NCBI GenBank assembly: GCA_029960955.1
Contig: JASBVS010000009.1
Coordinates: 22,645-86,644, forward strand
DNA: 64,000 nt
Reading direction: 5' to 3'
Origin: Bacillota bacterium
GTDB taxonomy: Bacteria; Bacillota; Sulfobacillia; JAIMAT01
In this document: positions 1-8,587 of the stretch, piece by piece
Position numbering within the stretch: position 1 is the stretch's first letter
Layout of the letters: each line of letters begins with the position of its first letter
Position numbers and translations under genes: made by a program
Notes under the pieces: model-generated
Database searches by the model: none
What the model was told of the DNA's origin: nothing
What the model saw: the letters and a program-made list of their open reading frames with translations, nothing else

Positions 1-334
1 GCATCCCGTTCTCCCGCACCATCAGCTGCGCCAGCTCGCCGGCACGGGCGCGGATGCCGTCGGCCACGCGGCGCAGGGTGCGCGCCCGCTCCAGCGGGTC
101 CATGCCCAGCCACCGCCGCTCCTCCATGGCGCGGCGGGCCGCCGCCACCGCCCGGTCCACGTCTTCGGGGCCCGCGTCGGCCGCCTCGGCGAACGGCTCC
201 GCCGTCGCCGGGTCCACGTCCTCCCGGTAGCGGCCCGAGGCGGGCGGCAGCCACCGGCCGTCCACGAAGACGACCCGCTCGCGAACCAGTCCGCCCGCCC
301 CGCTACCCGCCCCGCTCAGCGGCATCCCGTCCAT
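1..334 (-). CDS. Aldehyde dehydrogenase, N-terminal part only; the gene continues beyond the window start
   Basis: Reverse-strand translation from the ATG at 334 gives MDGMPLSG...FVDGRWLPPASGRYREDVDPATAEPFAEAADAGPEDVDRAVAAARRAMEERRWLGMDPLERARTLRRVADGIRARAGELAQLMVRENG. This is a typical ALDH N-terminus (the 'vdG.w' motif, then NAD-binding helix region). A GGAGG SD lies 7 nt upstream. Confidence 0.7.
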   Translation of the reverse strand, partial: MDGMPLSGAGSGAGGLVRERVVFVDGRWLPPASGRYREDVDPATAEPFAEAADAGPEDVDRAVAAARRAMEERRWLGMDPLERARTLRRVADGIRARAGELAQLMVRENGM

Positions 335-372
335 TGCGCCGCCTCCTTCCTGCGTCCAAGAGGTGTCCGGCC

Positions 373-1491
373 TCAGCTCTCGAGGAGCAGCACGCTCCGC
401 GCCACCTCTCCCGAGCGGAGCGCGTCGAAGGCCTCGTTGACGCCCTCCAGCGGGAACCTGCGCGAGACCAGCTCGTCCAGCTTCAGCCGCCCCGCCATGT
501 AGAGGTCGAGGATGCGCGGGATGTCCACCCCGGGGTTCGAGCGCCCGTACCAGCTGCCCGTCAGCACCTTCGACTGCGAAGGAAGGGAGAAGGCGTTGAT
601 GGAGACTTCCTCGTGCGGCGCGGCCACGCCTACGACGACGACCGTTCCTCCCTTGCGCGCCATGCCGTAGGCGGAGGCGATGGTCTCCGGCCGCCCGATC
701 ACCTCGAAGGCGTAGTCGGTGCCGCGGCCGTCGGTCAGGTCGGCGACGGCGCCCACCAGGTCGTCCGTGCGCGAGGCGTCCACCGTGTGGGTGGCGCCGA
801 ACTCGCGCGCCAGCTCCAGCTTGGCGGGGATCCGGTCGATCGCGACCACGGGCCAGGCGCCGGAAAGGACCGCGGCCTGGATGACGTTGAGCCCGACCCC
901 TCCAGCCCCCAGCACGGCGACGCTGGAGCCCGGCCGCACCCGGGCGGTGTGCACGACGGCACCGTAGCCGGTCGTGACCGCGCAACCCACCAGCGCCGCC
1001 CGGTCCAGCGGGACGTCGGGCCGGATGGGAACCACCCCCTGCTCCGGCACCACGGTCGCCTCGGCGAAGCAGGAGACCTCGAGGAAGTGGTGGACGGCGG
1101 AGCCCCCCGGCCTGCGCAGGCGCAGCGCGCCTCCGGGGAGCGTGCCGGCCACCTGCAGCCGGAAGGCTTCCTCGCACAGTTCGGGGCGGCCGATGCGGCA
1201 GTAGTAGCAGCGGCCGCAGCCGGGGATCCAGGAGAGGACCACGTGGTCGCCGGGCTTGACCCGGGTCACGCCCTCGCCGACCGCCTCCACCACGCCCGCG
1301 CCCTCGTGGCCCAGCACCGCCGGCAGCGGGACGGGAAGGTCGCCGTTGACCACGTGCAGGTCGCTGTGGCAGACGCCCGCCGCGACGACGCGGACCCGCA
1401 CCTCCCCGGGCCCCGGCTCGTCCAGCTCCAGCTCCTCCACGCGAAAGCGCTCGCCCACGTCTTCCAGGAGCGCCGCACGGATGCGCCTCAT
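373..1491 (-). CDS. Zn-dependent alcohol dehydrogenase (class III / medium-chain dehydrogenase family)
   Basis: 372-aa ORF with GHEGAGVVEAVGEGV, the structural Zn motif CGRCYYC and a GxGxxG Rossmann motif (LGAGGVGL). Its start overlaps the stop of the upstream SCP2 gene (ATGA). Confidence 0.85.
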   Translation of the reverse strand: MRRIRAALLEDVGERFRVEELELDEPGPGEVRVRVVAAGVCHSDLHVVNGDLPVPLPAVLGHEGAGVVEAVGEGVTRVKPGDHVVLSWIPGCGRCYYCRIGRPELCEEAFRLQVAGTLPGGALRLRRPGGSAVHHFLEVSCFAEATVVPEQGVVPIRPDVPLDRAALVGCAVTTGYGAVVHTARVRPGSSVAVLGAGGVGLNVIQAAVLSGAWPVVAIDRIPAKLELAREFGATHTVDASRTDDLVGAVADLTDGRGTDYAFEVIGRPETIASAYGMARKGGTVVVVGVAAPHEEVSINAFSLPSQSKVLTGSWYGRSNPGVDIPRILDLYMAGRLKLDELVSRRFPLEGVNEAFDALRSGEVARSVLLLES

Positions 1492-1913
1492 GCCTCCAGC
1501 AGCTCCTCGGCGCCCTTCTCCCTGACGACCTGCTTGTACAGTTCGTAGAGGCCGGGCAGGATCGGCAGGAGCTTGAGCGCCCGGTTGATGGCGCCCCTGG
1601 CCTTCACCTGGCCGCGGGCCAGCGCCATGGGCACGTCCAGGCGGCCCTGCCAGAAGCGGTTGCCCACCTCGCCGGAGGACTCGAAGGTGACGTCGGGAGC
1701 CGGCTCCAGGGTGTCGAAGGCGAGGGTCATGTAGGAGCCGTCCGCGGTGGGCGTGCGGCCGTCCATCAGGATCGTCAGCTCCGGGTTGTGGTAGACGAAG
1801 GCGACGATGAGGCCCGCGTCGCGCAGCCCCTTGGCCGCCTCGCCGAACTTGGCGCGCTCGGCCACCGCGCCGAGGATCTCCTTGGCCTGCTCCGCATCAC
1901 GGAAGGTCGGCAT
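1488..1913 (-). CDS. SCP2 sterol-carrier domain protein
   Basis: The ATG at 1913 is preceded by a GGAGG SD. The 141-aa product (MPTFRDAEQAKEIL...KARGAINRALKLLPIL) resembles the SCP2 fold. Genuine amino-acid composition, not GC noise. Confidence 0.7.
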   Translation of the reverse strand: MPTFRDAEQAKEILGAVAERAKFGEAAKGLRDAGLIVAFVYHNPELTILMDGRTPTADGSYMTLAFDTLEPAPDVTFESSGEVGNRFWQGRLDVPMALARGQVKARGAINRALKLLPILPGLYELYKQVVREKGAEELLEA

Positions 1914-1955
1914 GCGATCTCTCCTCCCTCTCCGGCCGCGGTCCGGAGCCACGCT

Positions 1956-3596
1956 TCACTCGAAGAGGTGCGGCACGCTCCGGTCGACGGCCACGTCGAC
2001 CACGAAGGGACCCCTCGCCTCCATCGCCCCCGCCAGCGCCGGGGCCAAGTCCGCGGGCGCCTCCACGCGCACCCCCCGCCCGCCCAGCGCCTCGGCGAGG
2101 CGGACCGGATCGAGGCCGGGGAGCTCCAGGCCGGGCGTCGCGTCCGCCCGGCCGGGGTAGTAGGCGGCGGCGTAGCTCTTCAGGATGGCGTAGCCGCCGT
2201 TGTCCAGGACGACCACCGGCAGCGCCACCCCTTCCTGCGACGCCGTCCAGAGCGCCTGGGGCGCGTAGAGGAAGGCCCCGTCGCCCACCACGGCGAGCAC
2301 GCGGCGCTCCGGGCGCGCCAGCTTGGCGCCCACCGCCGCCGCCAGGCCCCAGCCCAGGCCGCCGCTGGCGGCGGTCAGGTAGCCGCCGGGCTCCGTCGCC
2401 AGCCAGCGCCGGACCAGGGGGCTGGCGGAGACCGCCTCGTCCACCACCAGCCATCCTTCCTCCCCGGCCGCCAGAGGCCGTTCCAGCAGGGCGCGCAGCG
2501 TCTCCAGGACGAAGGGCACCCCCATCCGTCCCCGCGCCCGCGCCGCCTCGGCGCGCTGCCAGGCCCTCTCCGCCAGCCCGCCGCGGGGCGGAAGGCCCTC
2601 CGGCCCCCGTTGCTCCTCCCCCACGCGCTCCAGCAGCGCCTCCAGCGAAGCCCGCACGCCGCCCAGGAGCACCCTCTCCGCCACCGCCCGGGCGGCTTCG
2701 GCGGGATCGTCGGTCAGCAGCCAGAGCTCGCTGCCCGGCGGCACCAGCGGCCCCGGCAGGAAGGGGTAGACCAGGAACGCCGGCGCTCCGACCACGAGGA
2801 CGAAGTCGCTGCCCAGAAGCGCCTGGGCGATGCGCGGCGCACCCGGCATCAGCTCGCCCCGGTAGAGCGGGTGATCCCGGGGGAAGGAAGCCCGCGGGCC
2901 CAGGGGATCGCCCCAGACCGCCGCCCCCAGCCGCTCCGCCAGCTCCACCGCCAGTCCGGCGGCGCCCGCCCGGTCGACCGCCGCCCCGACCACCAGCGCG
3001 GGACTGCCGGCGCCGCGCAGCCGCCTCGCCAGCTCTTCCACCGCCTCGTGCGGCGGGGTTCCCGGCGCCTCGACGCGACCGGCCTCGGCCATCCCGCTCT
3101 CGGCCGGTCCGTCCCAGAAGTCGCTGGGCACCACGACGACCACGGGGCCGCCGGGAGGCGTCGACGCGAGGCGCCAGGCCCGCTCGAAGGCCGCCGCCAC
3201 ATCCTCGGGCCGCGCCGGCTCGACCACGCCCTTGACCGCCCCGCGGGCCATCTCGGCCATGTCGGCGGCCAACAGCGGCTCCAGGTGGAGGTGGCGGCTG
3301 TCCTGCTGCCCCACCGCCACCACCATCGGCGTCCGGTTCTTCCAGGCCGTGAAGAGCGCCCCGATGGCGTTTCCGAGCCCCGGCGCGGCGTGGAGCTCCA
3401 CCAGCGCCGGGCGGCCGGCCGCCTGGGCGTAGCCGTCGGCCATGGCCACCACCGCGGCTTCCTGGAGGCCCAGGGTGAAGCGGACCCGAGCGGGCAGCCC
3501 GACCAGCATGGGCACCTCCGTCGAGCCCGGGTTGCCGAAGAGGCGTCGCACCTCGCGCCGCTCGAGCCAGAGGTGGAAGGCTTCGCGGGCCTTCAT
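1956..3596 (-). CDS. Thiamine-diphosphate-dependent decarboxylase (benzoylformate decarboxylase / acetolactate synthase family)
   Basis: Start MKAREAFHLWLERREVRRLFGNPGSTEVPML at 3596 (typical BFD N-terminus FGNPGS). ThDP-binding motif GDGAF...NGGY near the C-terminus. The ATG overlaps the stop of the upstream gene (ATGA at 3593-3596). The longer ORF-track version (to 4178) is an N-terminal artefact overlapping the 2-hydroxyacid dehydrogenase. Confidence 0.85.
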   Translation of the reverse strand: MKAREAFHLWLERREVRRLFGNPGSTEVPMLVGLPARVRFTLGLQEAAVVAMADGYAQAAGRPALVELHAAPGLGNAIGALFTAWKNRTPMVVAVGQQDSRHLHLEPLLAADMAEMARGAVKGVVEPARPEDVAAAFERAWRLASTPPGGPVVVVVPSDFWDGPAESGMAEAGRVEAPGTPPHEAVEELARRLRGAGSPALVVGAAVDRAGAAGLAVELAERLGAAVWGDPLGPRASFPRDHPLYRGELMPGAPRIAQALLGSDFVLVVGAPAFLVYPFLPGPLVPPGSELWLLTDDPAEAARAVAERVLLGGVRASLEALLERVGEEQRGPEGLPPRGGLAERAWQRAEAARARGRMGVPFVLETLRALLERPLAAGEEGWLVVDEAVSASPLVRRWLATEPGGYLTAASGGLGWGLAAAVGAKLARPERRVLAVVGDGAFLYAPQALWTASQEGVALPVVVLDNGGYAILKSYAAAYYPGRADATPGLELPGLDPVRLAEALGGRGVRVEAPADLAPALAGAMEARGPFVVDVAVDRSVPHLFE

Positions 3597-4510
3597 CGCG
3601 GCGCGCCCTCCAGCACCACGTCGGCCAGCGGCCGGCCGTCGAGCCAGCGGATCACGTTCTGCACCGCCGCCTGGGCGATCCGCTCCTGGGCCTCCACCGT
3701 GACGCCGGCGCCGTGCGGGGTGAGGAGCACGTTGGGCAGGCCCCGCAGCGGATGATCCCGGGGCGGCGGCTCCGGGTGGAAGACGTCCAGCGCGGCTCCG
3801 GCCAGGCGACCGCTGCGCAGCGCCTCGGCGAGGGCCGCCTCGTCCACCAGCTCCGCCCGAGCGGTGTTGATCAGGAAGGCGCCCGGCTTGATCCGGCCGA
3901 TCCGCTGCGCGTCCAGGAGCCCCCGCGTCTCGGGCGTCAGCGGCAGGTGGAGCGTGACCAGGTCGCTGCTCGCGAGAAGCCCGTCCAGGTCGGCGCAGGT
4001 CAGGCCGAGCGCCGCCTCCTCCTCCGGCGGGAGGCGCCGGATGTCGTGATAGAGGAGCCCGACGCCGAAGGGGAGGAGCCGCGCGGCCACCTCCCGCCCG
4101 ATGCGGCCCATGCCCACGACGCCGACGGTCCGGCCGGCCAGGTCGTGGGCACCGCCCATCCAGTCGGCCAGCGGCCACTCGCCCGCGTGGAGAGCCCGGT
4201 CGCTGCGCACGAGACCGCGCAGGAGCGCCAGCGCCGCCATGACGACGTGCTCGGCGACGCTGACTGCGTTGGCGCCGGCCACGGCCGCCACGGTGACGCC
4301 CCGCGCCCGGGCGGCCTCCAGGTCGACGTGGTCCACGCCGACCCCGGCCACCTGGATGAGGCGGAGCCGGTGCGCCCGCTCGAGCAGGTCTGCGGTGAGC
4401 GGATGGAAGGCGGTGGAGACGAGGACTTCCGCGTCGCCGATCTCGCGCTCGGCTTCCTCGCGCGTCGTCGCCACGACCAGGTCGTGCTCGCGGAAGAGGG
4501 CCGCCAGCAT
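3593..4510 (-). CDS. D-isomer-specific 2-hydroxyacid dehydrogenase (NAD-binding)
   Basis: 305 aa with GxGxxG (VGVVGMGRIGREVA), the catalytic R/E/H region and LLTPHGAGVT. First gene of a five-gene minus-strand operon. Confidence 0.85.
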   Translation of the reverse strand: MLAALFREHDLVVATTREEAEREIGDAEVLVSTAFHPLTADLLERAHRLRLIQVAGVGVDHVDLEAARARGVTVAAVAGANAVSVAEHVVMAALALLRGLVRSDRALHAGEWPLADWMGGAHDLAGRTVGVVGMGRIGREVAARLLPFGVGLLYHDIRRLPPEEEAALGLTCADLDGLLASSDLVTLHLPLTPETRGLLDAQRIGRIKPGAFLINTARAELVDEAALAEALRSGRLAGAALDVFHPEPPPRDHPLRGLPNVLLTPHGAGVTVEAQERIAQAAVQNVIRWLDGRPLADVVLEGAPR

Positions 4511-4626
4511 GACGGCCTGGGCGGCCGTCCCTTCGGAAGGCGGCAGCAGAGCCAGGAGCTTCAGAGGAGTCCCCCCTCGCCTCCGGATCCTAGGAGGCCG
4601 GCAGGACCTCTTCGACGCAACCAGTG

Positions 4627-4648
4627 ATCAAAAACGCGTTTCGCGTCA
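4627..4648 (-). promoter_or_regulatory. Palindrome AAACGCGTTT / short hairpin plus T5 immediately 3' of the XRE regulator stop and about 120 nt upstream of the catabolic operon
   Basis: The minus strand reads TGA-CGCG-AAA-CGCG-TTTTTGAT: a 4-5 bp stem followed by UUUUU, in a locally AT-richer patch. Confidence 0.3.
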
Positions 4649-5506
4649 GGACTCCGCGCCGTCGCGCAGGATTTCGGACGAGCAGCCGGGCAGGAAGACG
4701 TTGAACCAGACGTCCGGGTGGTCCAGCACGCGAAGCCGGAGGACGCGCAGATGCGTCACGCCCCCGCGGCGCTGCAGCGTCAGCGCCAGCGTCGGCGCGC
4801 CGTCGGGCGCCGCCTCCACCGCCCTCCACAGCCGGCGGAAGTCGGGCAGGCGGCGGAGCCGCCGGAGGAGGGCCGCCGCCTCCGGATGGCGGATGCGCGC
4901 CCGGCTGTCGCGCTTGAACTGGGCGAGGGCCGCGCGCGCCAGCGCCTCCCACTGGAGGAAGCGCTTCCTGTAGGCGGGGTCGAAGAGGAAGTCCAGGATC
5001 GAGAGCCGGCCGGGGGCCAGGCCGGCGGGGGCGACTTCGAAGAGCTCCAGGGCGGCGTCGTTCCAGCCGCGGAGGCGCCAGAGGCTGTCGTGGACGTAGG
5101 CGGGCAGCCGGGTGGCGCGGGCGGCCTCGACGCTCATCGCCACCAGCTCGTCGAAGCGGACGAGCGCCGGCCCGGCCTCGACCTCCGCCCATGCCGCCGC
5201 GGACGGCCCCGCGCCGTCCGCAAGGACCGGCCCCGCCGGCGCCCGCGCCACCGCCGCCGTCGCGGCCGGCTGGAGGAGGTGGCCGGCCGCGGCGAAGAAG
5301 CGCCGGCGCTCCTCGCCGGCCAGCTGGAGCGCGTTGGCCAGGGCGTGGGTGGAGCGCAGCGAGGGATGGAGCTTCCGGCCCGCCTCCAGCTGGGCGACGT
5401 ACTGCCTGGAGCAGCCTGCCAGGCCCGCCAGGCCGGCCTGGCTCAGCCCGAGCCGGGTCCGGTGCCGGGCCAGCAGAAGACCGAAACTGCCTTCGGGCGC
5501 CAGCAT
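4646..5506 (-). CDS. XRE-family helix-turn-helix transcriptional regulator with C-terminal domain
   Basis: ATG at 5506 with a [15 protein letters not shown]-terminal HTH_3 segment LLLARHRTRLGLSQAGLAGLAGCSRQYVAQLEAGRKLHPS. The ORF-track start at 5587 adds 27 implausible residues. Confidence 0.7.
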   Translation of the reverse strand: MLAPEGSFGLLLARHRTRLGLSQAGLAGLAGCSRQYVAQLEAGRKLHPSLRSTHALANALQLAGEERRRFFAAAGHLLQPAATAAVARAPAGPVLADGAGPSAAAWAEVEAGPALVRFDELVAMSVEAARATRLPAYVHDSLWRLRGWNDAALELFEVAPAGLAPGRLSILDFLFDPAYRKRFLQWEALARAALAQFKRDSRARIRHPEAAALLRRLRRLPDFRRLWRAVEAAPDGAPTLALTLQRRGGVTHLRVLRLRVLDHPDVWFNVFLPGCSSEILRDGAES

Positions 5507-5621
5507 CTCGCCTCCCCCTCCCCGCGAGAGCCGGTCGCCGACGACTGGATCTTTGAAACGGAGATTCGTGGAGCGCGATCCGCTCACCTTCCCGCACCCG
5601 CCGGAGGTTCAAGGCTCGTGT

Positions 5622-6440
5622 CTACGGTCGGCTGTCGACCGTAACGCCGAAAAGGGGGTCCCGTCCCTCCGCCCAGGCGCGCACCGCCTCGTAGAAGGAG
5701 CCGGGGTCGATGGTGGCGGCGCGGGCCTCTTCCTGCGGCGGCGAAGCCTCGCCGCCGGCCGAGGCGAGGGCGGCGCTGGCGGAAACCGCCCGCTTGGCGG
5801 CGCGGAGCGATGCGGGCGAGAGGCGCGCCAACTCGCCGAGAAGCGAGGCAAGCGCCGCCTCCAGCTCCTCCTCCGGCACCAGCCGGCTCAGGAGCCCCCA
5901 GGCGAGCGCTTCGTCCGCGGGGAGCAGCCGGCCGGTGAGGAGGAGCTCCTTGGCCCTGGCCGGACCGATGGCGCGGACCAGGCGCGCGGCGAAGGGCACG
6001 CCGGGCAGGATGCCCAGCCTGGCCACCGGCATTCCCAGGCGGGCGCGCGGGGTGCCCAGACGCAGGTCGCAGGCCAGGAGAAGCTCGAGCCCCGCCCCCG
6101 CGGCCACCCCGTCCGCCACGGCGAGGGTCGGCGCGCCGAGCCGTTCCACCTTCTCCAGCGTCGCCTCCATCAGCGCGAAGGCCGCGTCGACCTCCGGCGG
6201 GGCCAGCGAGCGGAGCTCGTCCAGGTCGGCGCCCGCGCAGAAGGAGCCGGGCCGGCCTCGCAGGACCAGCGCGCGCACGCCCGGGCTCCGCTCGACTTCC
6301 TCGAGGAAGCCGGCCAGCTCTTCCCACATCGAGCGGGTCATGGCGTTCCGGCGCTCGGCGCGGTCGACGGTCAGCCAGGCGACGCGCCCCTCCCCGCCGG
6401 GGAGGGGGGCGATCTCGAGGCGCAGCGCCTCAGACCGCAT
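5622..6440 (-). CDS. Enoyl-CoA hydratase/isomerase (crotonase family)
   Basis: 272 aa with GSFCAGADL oxyanion-hole motif and the crotonase fold pattern ALVLRG...AVADGVAAGAGLELLLACDLR. Confidence 0.85.
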   Translation of the reverse strand: MRSEALRLEIAPLPGGEGRVAWLTVDRAERRNAMTRSMWEELAGFLEEVERSPGVRALVLRGRPGSFCAGADLDELRSLAPPEVDAAFALMEATLEKVERLGAPTLAVADGVAAGAGLELLLACDLRLGTPRARLGMPVARLGILPGVPFAARLVRAIGPARAKELLLTGRLLPADEALAWGLLSRLVPEEELEAALASLLGELARLSPASLRAAKRAVSASAALASAGGEASPPQEEARAATIDPGSFYEAVRAWAEGRDPLFGVTVDSRP

Positions 6441-7680
6441 GGCGGATCCCCCGCGCGAGCGCCGCTTCGCCCGGGATGGCGCCCGCCTCCTGCAGCCGCT
6501 CCACCTCCGCCTCGCTGAAGCCGGCCTCGCGGAGGATCTCGAGCGTCTGCTGGCCGAGCAGGGGCGGCGGGCTGGCGATCCGCCCCGGGGTCCGGGAGAA
6601 CTTGACCGGCAGGCCGGTCGTCCGGATCCGGCCGGCCGTCGGGTGATCCATCTCCACCACCATCTCGCGCGCCGCCACCTGCGGGTGCGAGAGCGCCTCG
6701 CCCACGGTGAGGATGGGGCCGCAGGGCACGCCCGCGCGGTCGAGCGCCTCGGTCCACTCGGCCGAGGAGCGCGTCGCGAGGCGCGCGGCCAGGAGCGGGA
6801 TCAGCTCCGAGCGGTGCTCCACGCGCGCGGGGTTGGTGGCGAAGCGCGGGTCGCCGGCCAGCTCGGGGAGGCCGAGCGCCTCGCAGAAGGACCTCCACAG
6901 GCGGTCGTTGCCCACGGCCACCATGATGTGGCCGTCGGCGGTGGCGAAGGGCTGGTAGGGAACGATGTTGGGATGCGCCGAGCCCAGGCGCGAGGGGTTT
7001 CGCCCGGTGGCGAAGTAGGCGCCGGCGACGTAGGTCAGCCAGGCGATCTGGCCGTCCAGCAGCGAGACGTCCAGGTACTGGCCCTCTCCGGAGCGCTCGC
7101 GCTCGTAGAGCGCGGCGACGATGGCGAAGGCCGCCCACATCCCGGCGGTCAGGTCGGCGATGGACATGCCGTGCTTGGTCGGCTCCCCGTCCGGCTCGCC
7201 CGTGATCGACATCATGCCGCTCATGGCCTGGGCAACGGCGTCGAAGCCGGGCCGGTCCCGGTCCGGGCCGGTCTGGCCGAAACCGGAGATGGAGCAGTAG
7301 ACCAAGCGGGGATTGAACTGGCGCAGCTGCCGGTAGCCGATGCCCAGGCGGTCCGCAGTGCCGGGCCGGAAGTTCTCGATGACCACGTCCGCCGTCTCCG
7401 CGATACGGTAGACCACCCTCCGGCCCTCGGCGGTGGCCAGGTCGACGGCCAGGCTCCGCTTGTTCCGGTTGACGCTGAGAAAGTAGGCGCTCTCGCCGCC
7501 CAGGAAGGGGGGACCCCACTGGCGGGTGTCGTCCCCCGACCCGGGGCGCTCCACCTTGATCACGTCGGCTCCCCAGTCGGCCAGCATCATGGAACAGTAG
7601 GGACCCGAGAGGATGCGGGAGAAGTCGAGGACGCGAACGCCTTCCAGCGGTGGACGGCCGACGGTCGACATCCCATCCAT
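6430..7680 (-). CDS. CoA-transferase family III (CaiB/BaiF-type)
   Basis: Start [44 protein letters not shown] at 7680 with an AGGAGG SD 8 nt upstream. Conserved family III signature (VLDFS..L.GP, catalytic Asp region). 11-nt overlap with the downstream hydratase. Confidence 0.85.
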   Translation of the reverse strand: MDGMSTVGRPPLEGVRVLDFSRILSGPYCSMMLADWGADVIKVERPGSGDDTRQWGPPFLGGESAYFLSVNRNKRSLAVDLATAEGRRVVYRIAETADVVIENFRPGTADRLGIGYRQLRQFNPRLVYCSISGFGQTGPDRDRPGFDAVAQAMSGMMSITGEPDGEPTKHGMSIADLTAGMWAAFAIVAALYERERSGEGQYLDVSLLDGQIAWLTYVAGAYFATGRNPSRLGSAHPNIVPYQPFATADGHIMVAVGNDRLWRSFCEALGLPELAGDPRFATNPARVEHRSELIPLLAARLATRSSAEWTEALDRAGVPCGPILTVGEALSHPQVAAREMVVEMDHPTAGRIRTTGLPVKFSRTPGRIASPPPLLGQQTLEILREAGFSEAEVERLQEAGAIPGEAALARGIRHAV

Positions 7681-7717
7681 CCAGAAAGCCTCCTTGGCAC
7701 CTTGGCCTGGCGAGGCT

Positions 7718-8452
7718 TCAGCCGGGAGGCCCGGAGTCCGGCTCGCTGCCCTGGAAGTGCCGAGCCACCCGGTCGCCGGCCTCGCGAACATGCTCCTCCA
7801 TGACGTCGGCGGCCCGGCCCGGGTCGCCCGAGCGGACGGCATCCCAGATGGCCCGGTGGTGCTGAAGGTAGCAGGCGGCGTTCCCCGGTATCGCGAGGCT
7901 CGCGTGGCGCGCGTAGACGATGCGATCCTGCAAGCCGGACATCAGCTGCGTGAGCGTCGCGTTGCCCGCGGCCGCGCAGATCGCGTCGTGGAAGGCGTTG
8001 GTCGCCTCGACGAGCGCCTCGCGCAGGTGCTCGGGCTCCGCCAGGGCGGCCTCGTGGCGGGAGAGGGCGGCCTCGGCCCTCTCCAGCGCCTCCAGCGCTT
8101 CGGCGCGCCCTTCCCGCACCGCGAGCGCGGCCTCGTAGGCGGCCAGGCGCTCCAGCGCGCGCCTGCAGGCATAGAGCTCCCGGATCTGGCGAAGGTTCAG
8201 GCGCGTCACCTGCAGCCCTCCGTCCACCCGGGTGACCAGCCCGTCCTGCTCCAGCTTCCGCAGGGCCTCCCGGACCGGCGCCCTGCTCACGTCCAGGTCC
8301 GCCGCCAGCCGGCTTTCCACCAGGCGTTCGCCGGGCCGGATGCGTTCGGTCACGATGGCGTGGCGGAGCCGTCGATAGACCTGCAGGTAGATGGGCTCCG
8401 CCTTCTCGATCGGACCGCCCGCCAGTGATCCCGAGTTCAGCGCGTTCTTCAC
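7718..8452 (-). CDS. GntR-family (FadR/FCD subfamily) transcriptional regulator
   Basis: GTG start at 8452 with a GGGGGTG SD. N-terminal wHTH IYLQVYRRLRHAIVTERIRPGERLVESRLAADLDVSRAPVREALRKLEQDGLV, C-terminal FCD-like helical domain. Confidence 0.85.
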   Translation of the reverse strand: MKNALNSGSLAGGPIEKAEPIYLQVYRRLRHAIVTERIRPGERLVESRLAADLDVSRAPVREALRKLEQDGLVTRVDGGLQVTRLNLRQIRELYACRRALERLAAYEAALAVREGRAEALEALERAEAALSRHEAALAEPEHLREALVEATNAFHDAICAAAGNATLTQLMSGLQDRIVYARHASLAIPGNAACYLQHHRAIWDAVRSGDPGRAADVMEEHVREAGDRVARHFQGSEPDSGPPG

Positions 8453-8587
8453 GGAAGCACCCCCGAAGACGAGTCCGGCCGTGCGCCGGACGAGCTCCGT
8501 CTCACAAGGGTTTCCTTCCGCGGGTTCGAGTCGACTCCTCCGGTGCTAGGGCGGATGTCCCATGGCGGTCCTCCTTCCTGCAGAGGG

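Noticed and set aside
5632-5642. The 11-mer CTGTCGACCGT (GT-N2-AC, GntR/FadR-like) shared between 5632-5642 and 9952-9962
   Set aside because: The first copy lies inside the C-terminal codons of the enoyl-CoA hydratase gene (…VDSRP*), not in a promoter. With only two copies, one of them coding, operator status is unsupported, although the 9952 copy is intergenic near the GntR-regulated neighbourhood.
1788-7803. Long plus-strand ORFs (1788-3755, 3713-4627, 5112-6518, 5710-7803) antisense to the catabolic operon and the hydratase / CoA-transferase genes
   Set aside because: They are GC-driven antisense open frames with low-complexity composition, no SD-plus-start context and no recognisable domains.
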